A stretch of DNA of 32,000 nucleotides from contig NZ_LN831024.1 of the NCBI RefSeq assembly GCF_001457615.1, positions 3,840,001 through 3,872,000 of the forward strand, given 5' to 3'. The position numbers and the translations under genes are program-made. The notes beneath the pieces were generated by a model. The model saw only the letters and a program-made list of their open reading frames with translations, did not search any database and had not been told where the DNA came from. This document shows positions 20,409-26,337 of the stretch, piece by piece. The first letter of the stretch is position 1, and every line of letters begins with the position of its first letter. The DNA comes from Pseudomonas aeruginosa (GTDB taxonomy: Bacteria; Pseudomonadota; Gammaproteobacteria; Pseudomonadales; Pseudomonadaceae).

Positions 20409-20550
20409 GGGTTGCGGGCGCCCGCTGGCGGACACCACTCCTCCTCTTGCCTTCGTTCGATGGGGATCGCTCCGGGACCTGCCCGGCGCCGCTCGCTTGC
20501 AGCCCGCCAGGGAGCCGCTTGCGAAGCAATATAAGTTATCTTTCGATGAA

Positions 20551-20560
20551 TTGTATACAA
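20551..20560. promoter_or_regulatory. TTGTATACAA operator copy on the hiuH side of the divergent region
   Basis: Perfect copy of the 10-bp palindrome, 143 nt upstream of the hiuH ATG. Confidence 0.45.
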
Positions 20561-20653
20561 AAAACACCGCCGCAACCGAAAATGCGGCAGCCACCCCGAA
20601 AACGGGCATTCCTTCCACAAGCCCCACCCCGCAGGGCCTCATTCTTCGCTAAC

Positions 20654-20667
20654 TGACCAATCGGGCA
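20654..20667. promoter_or_regulatory. TGACCAATCGGGCA, a one-mismatch copy of the TGACC-N4-GGTCA palindrome
   Basis: It differs from the perfect palindrome only at GGGCA versus GGTCA. It lies in the hiuH/puuE divergent intergenic region. Confidence 0.25.
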
Positions 20668-20712
20668 GGTTTTTTGCTGGATGAATGGCAGGGATCGGCA
20701 AGCAGGATTGTA

Positions 20713-20742
20713 TTTACAGACCGCAGGCAAACTTGTATACAA
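20713..20742 (+). promoter_or_regulatory. putative puuE promoter (TTTACA-N17-TATACA) overlapped by a TTGTATACAA operator
   Basis: The -35 TTTACA is at 20713-20718 and the -10 TATACA at 20736-20741. The perfect palindrome TTGTATACAA at 20733-20742 covers the -10. A degenerate copy TTGTATTTACA (20708-20718) covers the -35. Confidence 0.45.
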
Positions 20743-20807
20743 TAAATCCATCACGGCATCCCCGGCCCGTCCGGCCCGCCGCCCCATCCACAATAAGGAA
20801 CACTGCT

Positions 20808-21734
20808 GTGAGCGCTGACTACCCACGCGACCTGATCGGATACGGCAACAACCCTCCCCACCCTCACTGGCCCGGCGATGCGCGCATCGCCCTGTCCTTC
20901 GTGCTCAATTACGAAGAAGGTGGCGAGCGCTGCGTCCTGCATGGCGACAAGGAGTCCGAGGCGTTCCTTTCCGAGATGGTGGCTGCCCAGCCCTTGCAGG
21001 GCGTGCGCCACATGAGCATGGAATCGCTCTACGAATACGGCAGCCGCGCCGGGGTCTGGCGCCTGCTCAAGCTGTTCAAGCGACGCAACGTGCCGCTCAC
21101 CGTGTTCGCCGTGGCCATGGCGGCGCAGCGCAACCCTGAGGTGATCAGGGCGATGGTCGCCGACGGCCATGAAATCTGCAGCCACGGCTACCGCTGGATC
21201 GACTACCAGTACATGGACGAGGCCCAGGAGCGCGAGCACATGCTCGAAGCCATCCGCATCCTCACCGAACTCACCGGCCAGCGCCCGGTGGGCTGGTACA
21301 CCGGACGCACCGGCCCGAACACCCGGCGCCTGGTGATGGAGGAAGGCGGCTTCCTCTATGACTCCGACACCTACGACGACGACCTGCCCTACTGGGACCC
21401 GGCCAGCACCGCGGAGAAACCGCACCTGGTGATTCCCTATACCCTGGACACCAACGACATGCGCTTCACCCAGGTGCAGGGCTTCAACAATGGCGAGCAG
21501 TTCTTCCAGTACCTGAAGGACGCCTTCGACGTGCTCTACGAAGAAGGCGCGACGGCGCCGAAGATGCTCTCCATCGGCCTGCATTGTCGGTTGATCGGTC
21601 GCCCGGCGCGGATGGCCGCCCTGGAGCGCTTCATCCAGTACGCGCAGAGCCACGACAAGGTCTGGTTCGCCCGCCGCGAAGACATCGCCCGCCATTGGCA
21701 CCGTGAGCATCCTTTCCAGGAGACCGAGGCATGA
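20808..21734 (+). CDS. puuE: allantoinase PuuE (polysaccharide-deacetylase-type, metal-independent)
   Basis: Track ORF 20685..21734 trimmed to the GTG at 20808, with AAGGA upstream. The 308-aa product starts SADYPRDLIGYG and carries ALSFVLNYEEGGE and HGYRWIDY, as in PuuE allantoinases. Confidence 0.9.
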   Translation: MSADYPRDLIGYGNNPPHPHWPGDARIALSFVLNYEEGGERCVLHGDKESEAFLSEMVAAQPLQGVRHMSMESLYEYGSRAGVWRLLKLFKRRNVPLTVFAVAMAAQRNPEVIRAMVADGHEICSHGYRWIDYQYMDEAQEREHMLEAIRILTELTGQRPVGWYTGRTGPNTRRLVMEEGGFLYDSDTYDDDLPYWDPASTAEKPHLVIPYTLDTNDMRFTQVQGFNNGEQFFQYLKDAFDVLYEEGATAPKMLSIGLHCRLIGRPARMAALERFIQYAQSHDKVWFARREDIARHWHREHPFQETEA

Positions 21735-22246
21735 GCCGTTTCCAGACCCTGACCCCCGCCTCGCTGTCCCGCGAGGCCTTCGTCGAAGCCTTCGCCGACA
21801 TCTACGAACACTCCCCCTGGGTCGCCGAGAAGGCCTATGACCTGGGCATCGACGACAGCCTCAACGATATCGAGGGCCTGCACCAGCGCATGGCCGACAT
21901 TCTCCTGTCGGCAAGCCGCGAGGCCCAGCTGGCGCTGATCAACGCCCACCCGGACCTCGCCGGCAAGGCAGCGATCCGTGGCGAACTGACCGCCTCCAGC
22001 ACCTCCGAGCAGGCCGGCGCCGGGATTCACGAATGCAGCGCCGAGGAGTTCGCCCGCTTCACCGAACTCAACGACGCCTACAAGGCCAGGTTCGGCTTCC
22101 CCTTCATCAAGGCGGTGAAGGGCAGCAACCGCCATCAGATCCTGGCGGCCTTCGAGGAACGCATCCAGCACTCCGCCGACGAGGAGTTCGCTACCGCGCT
22201 GGCCGAGATCAACAAGATCGCCCTGTTCCGCCTGCAGCAGCTCTGA
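21731..22246 (+). CDS. uraD: 2-oxo-4-hydroxy-4-carboxy-5-ureidoimidazoline (OHCU) decarboxylase
   Basis: 171 aa with the [10 protein letters not shown] motif. The ATGA overlap with the puuE stop suggests translational coupling. Confidence 0.9.
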   Translation: MSRFQTLTPASLSREAFVEAFADIYEHSPWVAEKAYDLGIDDSLNDIEGLHQRMADILLSASREAQLALINAHPDLAGKAAIRGELTASSTSEQAGAGIHECSAEEFARFTELNDAYKARFGFPFIKAVKGSNRHQILAAFEERIQHSADEEFATALAEINKIALFRLQQL

Positions 22247-22263
22247 GGCCTGCGGATACGAGC

Positions 22264-23262
22264 ATGAACGCCGAACACTCGCCCTTCCGCCACTACCTCG
22301 ACCTCGCCGACGCACGCCTGGGCAGCCAGGTGGTCGCCGTCAGCGACGAATGGTTCGCCCCGGCCAGCCGCATGCTGCAGGCCGGCGAACCGGTGTGGAA
22401 GGAAGGCGTGTTCGACGACAGCGGCAAGTGGATGGACGGCTGGGAAACCCGCCGCAAGCGCTTCGAGGGCCATGACCAGGCGGTGATCCGCCTGGGTGTG
22501 CCGGGCGTGCTGAAGGGCGTCGACATCGACACCCGCTTCTTCACCGGCAACCATCCGCCGGCGGCTTCCCTGGATGGCTGCTTCTGCGCCGAAGGCGACC
22601 CGGACGACAGCACGTCCTGGAGCGAAGTGCTGCCGGCGGTGGCGCTGCAGGGCGATAGCCATCACTACCACCCGATAGACGACGAACGTCCCTGGACCCA
22701 CCTGCGCCTGAACATCTACCCGGACGGCGGTATCGCCCGCCTGCGCCTCTATGGCGTGCCCTACCGCGACTGGAGCAGCCAGCCGCCGGGAACGGCGCTC
22801 GACCTGGCCGCAGCGGTCAACGGCGGCCGGGCGCTGGCCTGTTCCGACCAGCATTTCGGACGCATGGGCAACCTGCTCAACCCCGGACGTGCCATCAACA
22901 TGGGCGACGGCTGGGAAACCGGCCGCCGCCGCACGCCGGGCCACGACTGGGTGATCGTCGCCCTCGGCCATCCCGGCAGCATCGAGGCGGCGGTCGTCGA
23001 TACCTTGCACTTCAAGGGCAACTATCCGGAAAGCTGCAGCATCCAGGCCGCCTTCGTGGAAGGCGGGAACGAGGCCCGGATCGAGGCGCAGAGCCTCTTC
23101 TGGCGCGAGCTGCTGCCAGCGCAGAAGCTGGAAATGCACCAGGAACATCGGTTCGAGCGGCACCTCAACGCCCTCGGCCCGATCACCCATGTACGCCTGA
23201 ACATCTTTCCCGACGGCGGCGTCAGCCGCCTGCGCCTGTTCGGCAGGCCACAATTACCGTGA
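22264..23262 (+). CDS. alc: allantoicase
   Basis: Track ORF 22033..23262 trimmed to the ATG at 22264 ([16 protein letters not shown]). It shows two allantoicase repeats, each with a DGWET(R/G)R(K/R)R motif. Confidence 0.92.
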   Translation: MNAEHSPFRHYLDLADARLGSQVVAVSDEWFAPASRMLQAGEPVWKEGVFDDSGKWMDGWETRRKRFEGHDQAVIRLGVPGVLKGVDIDTRFFTGNHPPAASLDGCFCAEGDPDDSTSWSEVLPAVALQGDSHHYHPIDDERPWTHLRLNIYPDGGIARLRLYGVPYRDWSSQPPGTALDLAAAVNGGRALACSDQHFGRMGNLLNPGRAINMGDGWETGRRRTPGHDWVIVALGHPGSIEAAVVDTLHFKGNYPESCSIQAAFVEGGNEARIEAQSLFWRELLPAQKLEMHQEHRFERHLNALGPITHVRLNIFPDGGVSRLRLFGRPQLP

Positions 23263-23316
23263 GACCCGGGCCCCGCGTGCGTCCGGAATACAACAAACAG
23301 AATCGACAGGATCAGT

Positions 23317-23826
23317 ATGCGCACTCTCAAGATCGAGCCGTTGACCAAGGAAGCCTTCGCCCCGTTCGGTGACGTGATCGAAACCGCCGGCAGCGACTAT
23401 TTCATGATCAACAACGGCTCCACCCGCCGTTATCACAAGCTGGCCACGGTCGAGACCGCGCAGCCGGAAGATAACGCGATCATCAGCATCTTCAGCGCCG
23501 AGAAGCTGGAAATGCCGTTGCGCATCCGCATGCTGGAACGCCATCCGCTGGGCAGCCAGGCCTTCATCCCGCTGCTCGGCAACCCCTTTCTGGTCGTGGT
23601 CGCGCCACTTGGCGATGTACCTGTACCGGGCCTCGTCCGCGCCTTCCTGACCAACGGAAGGCAGGGCGTCAATTACCACCGCGGCGTCTGGCACCATCCG
23701 GTGCTGACGATCGAAAAGCGGGATGACTTCCTGGTGGTCGATCGCAGCGGTTCCGGGAACAACTGCGACGAGCATTTCTTCACCGAGGACGAACAGCTCC
23801 TCCTCGACCCCCAATCAAACCAATAA
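23317..23826 (+). CDS. allA: ureidoglycolate lyase
   Basis: 169 aa. MRTLKIEPLTKEAFAPFGDVIE and ERHPLGSQAFIPL are typical of AllA. Confidence 0.92.
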   Translation: MRTLKIEPLTKEAFAPFGDVIETAGSDYFMINNGSTRRYHKLATVETAQPEDNAIISIFSAEKLEMPLRIRMLERHPLGSQAFIPLLGNPFLVVVAPLGDVPVPGLVRAFLTNGRQGVNYHRGVWHHPVLTIEKRDDFLVVDRSGSGNNCDEHFFTEDEQLLLDPQSNQ

Positions 23827-23874
23827 GAGAGGTCCTGCCGCCGGTCCGCCGGCCAGGGCAAGAGGTACAAGACT

Positions 23875-25152
23875 GTGGAAGCACATCTCATCGAATGGCT
23901 GAACCTGCTGGTGCGCTGGATTCACATGATCGTCGGGATCGCGTGGATCGGCGCTTCGTTCTATTTCGTCTGGCTGGAGAACAACCTCAACCGCAGCAAC
24001 CCGCGTGAAGGCCTGTCCGGAGACCTCTGGGCAATCCACGGTGGCGGCATCTACCACCTGGAGAAGTACAAGCTGGCTCCGCCGAAAATGCCGGAGAACC
24101 TGCACTGGTTCAAATGGGAGGCCTACTCCACCTGGATGTCCGGGGTGGTGTTGCTGACCATCGTGTTCTACCTGAACCCGACCCTCTACCTGATCGCCCC
24201 CGGCAGCGACCTGGCGCCGGCGGCGGCCATCGCCATCGGCATCGGCTCGCTGGTCTGCGGCTGGTTCGTCTACACCATCCTCTGCGATTCGGCGCTGGGC
24301 AAGACCCCTGCCCTGCTCGGCCTGGTCCTGTTCGTCCTGCTGGTCGCCGCCGCCTACGGCCTGACCCAGGTGTTCAGCGGCCGCGGCGCCTACCTGCACG
24401 TCGGCGCGATCATCGGCACCATCATGGTCGGCAACGTGTTCAGGGTGATCATGCCGGCCCAGCGCGCGCTGGTGAAAGCCATCGAAGAAAACCGCGAGCC
24501 CGATCCGGTGCTGCCGGCCAAGGGCCTGCTGCGCTCCCGGCACAACAACTACTTCACCCTGCCGGTGCTGTTCATCATGATCAGCAACCACTTCCCGAGC
24601 ACCTACGGCAGCCAGTACAACTGGCTGATCCTGGCCGCCATCGCGGTGCTCGCGGTACTGGTACGCCACTACTTCAACACCCGCCACGAAAGCAACCGCT
24701 TCGCCTGGGCCCTGCCCGCCGGCGCGCTGGGCATGATCGCCCTGGCCTTCGTCACCACGCCGAACTACCAGCAGGCTTCCGCGCCGCTGGCCAGCGCCCC
24801 GGCGGCGGCACCGGCACAACCGGCGACCGGCGGCGACGCACCAGCCGCGCCCGCCGCGACCCTGGCCTCCAATGCCGGGGCCGCGAGCGGAGCCGACTTC
24901 GACAAGGTCCATCACGTGATCCAGGAGCGCTGCACCGTCTGCCACTCGGCGAAACCGACCAGCCAGCTGTTCAGCACCGCGCCAGGCGGGATCATGCTCG
25001 ACACCCCGCAGCAGATCCAGCAACTGGCACCGAAGATCCAGGCCCAGGCCGTGGCCTCGCAGATCATGCCGCTGGGCAACATCACGCAGATGACCCAGGA
25101 AGAACGCAACCTGATCGGCAGCTGGATCGCCAAGGGCGCACAGATCAACTGA
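23875..25152 (+). CDS. puuD: membrane-bound urate hydroxylase PuuD (polytopic domain fused to a C-terminal cytochrome c domain)
   Basis: GTG start. The N-terminus is MEAHLIEWLNLLVRWIHMIVGIAWIGASFYF, with multiple TM helices. An Ala/Pro-rich linker precedes the heme-binding CTVCH (24931-24945). No soluble uricase gene is present in the cluster. Confidence 0.85.
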   Translation: MEAHLIEWLNLLVRWIHMIVGIAWIGASFYFVWLENNLNRSNPREGLSGDLWAIHGGGIYHLEKYKLAPPKMPENLHWFKWEAYSTWMSGVVLLTIVFYLNPTLYLIAPGSDLAPAAAIAIGIGSLVCGWFVYTILCDSALGKTPALLGLVLFVLLVAAAYGLTQVFSGRGAYLHVGAIIGTIMVGNVFRVIMPAQRALVKAIEENREPDPVLPAKGLLRSRHNNYFTLPVLFIMISNHFPSTYGSQYNWLILAAIAVLAVLVRHYFNTRHESNRFAWALPAGALGMIALAFVTTPNYQQASAPLASAPAAAPAQPATGGDAPAAPAATLASNAGAASGADFDKVHHVIQERCTVCHSAKPTSQLFSTAPGGIMLDTPQQIQQLAPKIQAQAVASQIMPLGNITQMTQEERNLIGSWIAKGAQIN

Positions 25153-25220
25153 GCCTTGGCCGAAAGGCTAAGAACCGCACCTCCGGTTCCCCGCAGCAGA
25201 ACAACCCTGCTGGCCCTACC

Positions 25221-25250
25221 CCAAAAGCCCTCTCCATAGAGGGCTTTTGG
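25221..25250 (+). terminator. terminator-like hairpin after puuD
   Basis: CCAAAAGCCCTCT-CCAT-AGAGGGCTTTTGG is a 13-bp perfect stem. The T run lies within the descending arm. Confidence 0.6.
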
Positions 25251-25367
25251 CCATAACTCGCCATATCTTTCAGCCCCCAACCTCTCCGATAACTCACTTT
25301 CCTTCACCCTGGGCCGATGGAACGAAACCGTGCGGCGCTATCTTCGCCTACCTTGCCAATGAAGAAC

Positions 25368-25478
25368 TGTGCAACTTTTTGGTTGATAACGTTGTGGATA
25401 GAACGCTAGGGAACAAATACCCAAAGGGCTCCGAGAGAGTGCGCAACTTTTTGCAAGCGGTGCGCAAAAAGTTGCGCA
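25368..25478. repeat. three copies of a 13-mer (TGYGCAACTTTTT), two forming an inverted repeat; alternatively an array of TGCGCA hexamers
   Basis: The copies are TGTGCAACTTTTT at 25368-25380, TGCGCAACTTTTT at 25440-25452 and the inverted AAAAAGTTGCGCA at 25466-25478. The segment 25461-25478 is also the palindrome TGCGCAA-AAAG-TTGCGCA. All lie 160-270 nt upstream of the hcp ATG. Confidence 0.6.
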
Positions 25479-25531
25479 ATTTTCAGTGTTCTTCCCATGA
25501 GAATCGCCAGCGAATTTTTGGTTTCCCCCAA

Positions 25532-25544
25532 TAACGCCTTGATG
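25532..25544 (-). promoter_or_regulatory. IHF-like core site
   Basis: The minus strand CATCAAGGCGTTA matches WATCAANNNNTTR except at the first position. It lies between the repeat array and the -24/-12-like element. Confidence 0.3.
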
Positions 25545-25564
25545 GAAAAGAGTTTCAAGACCAG

Positions 25565-25580
25565 TGGCACAGTTCTTGTC
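25565..25580 (+). promoter_or_regulatory. sigma-54-like -24/-12 element upstream of hcp
   Basis: TGGCAC-AGTTC-TTGTC compared with the consensus TGGCAC-N5-TTGCW. The spacing is correct, but the -12 dinucleotide is GT instead of GC. It lies 58 nt upstream of the hcp ATG. Confidence 0.4.
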
Positions 25581-25637
25581 TAGCACCGGTGACCCCGGCA
25601 TATCGCCTGGGCACTTTCAACGACAAGGAACGTATCC

Positions 25638-26156
25638 ATGGCAACCCCCGCCTATATGTCCATCACCGGCACCAAGCAGGGCCTGATCACCGCCGGCGCC
25701 TTCACCGAGGACTCGGTCGGCAACACCTATCAGGAAGGCCACGAGGACCAGGTGATGGTCCAGGGCTTCAACCACGAAGTGATCATCCCGCGCGACCCGC
25801 AGTCCGGCCAGCCGACCGGCCAGCGCGTGCACAAGCCGGTGGTCATCACCAAGGTCTTCGACAAGGCCTCGCCGCTGCTGCTGGCCGCCCTGACCTCCGG
25901 CGAGCGCCTGACCAAGGTCGAGATCCAGTGGTACCGCACCTCCGCCGCCGGCACCCAGGAGCACTACTACACCACCGTCCTGGAAGACGCGATCATCGTC
26001 GACATCAAGGACTACATGCACAACTGCCAGGACCCGGGCAACGCCCACTTCACCCACCTGGAAGACGTGCACTTCACCTACCGCAAGATCACCTGGACCC
26101 ACGAAGTCTCCGGCACCTCCGGCTCCGACGACTGGCGCTCGCCGGTCGCAGGGTGA
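25638..26156 (+). CDS. hcpA: type VI secretion tube protein Hcp
   Basis: 172 aa starting MATPAYMSITGTKQGLITAGAFTEDSVGN, with VHKPVVITKVFDKASPLL, a typical Hcp. AAGGA Shine-Dalgarno. The symbol comes from remembered PAO1 synteny (PA1512). Confidence 0.97.
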   Translation: MATPAYMSITGTKQGLITAGAFTEDSVGNTYQEGHEDQVMVQGFNHEVIIPRDPQSGQPTGQRVHKPVVITKVFDKASPLLLAALTSGERLTKVEIQWYRTSAAGTQEHYYTTVLEDAIIVDIKDYMHNCQDPGNAHFTHLEDVHFTYRKITWTHEVSGTSGSDDWRSPVAG

Positions 26157-26337
26157 GTTGACAGGCACACCGGTCGTACACCTGTGCGATCGGTTCTCCG
26201 TCGAGCCGAAAATGTCCGCTACTTCGCGAAATCGACACAGAGCCAAGACTTTCGGCAGCGGCTGAGCAAGAGTAACGTGGGGCTCGCTTCTCCAACGGAT
26301 GGGGGAGGAACCGCCCGCCAGGAACAAGGAACGATCC

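Noticed and set aside
25385-25403. Possible Fur box (GATAACGTTGTGGATAGAA) upstream of hcp
   Set aside because: Beyond the first GATAA it matches the 19-bp Fur consensus GATAATGATAATCATTATC poorly. That is not enough to call.
25247-25534. 95-aa ORF in the puuD-hcp intergenic region
   Set aside because: It starts with TTG inside the puuD terminator stem and has no Shine-Dalgarno. Many of its codons end in A or T, unlike genuine genes here. Its repeated NFL tripeptides simply reflect the DNA 13-mer repeats. I treat the region as regulatory DNA, although a small protein cannot be fully excluded.
26299-26337. Upstream ATG (26299) as the vgrG start
   Set aside because: No Shine-Dalgarno precedes it, whereas the ATG at 26338 has AAGGA at a good distance. 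MRQRDLKFTF is also a typical VgrG N-terminus. A start at 26299 remains possible.
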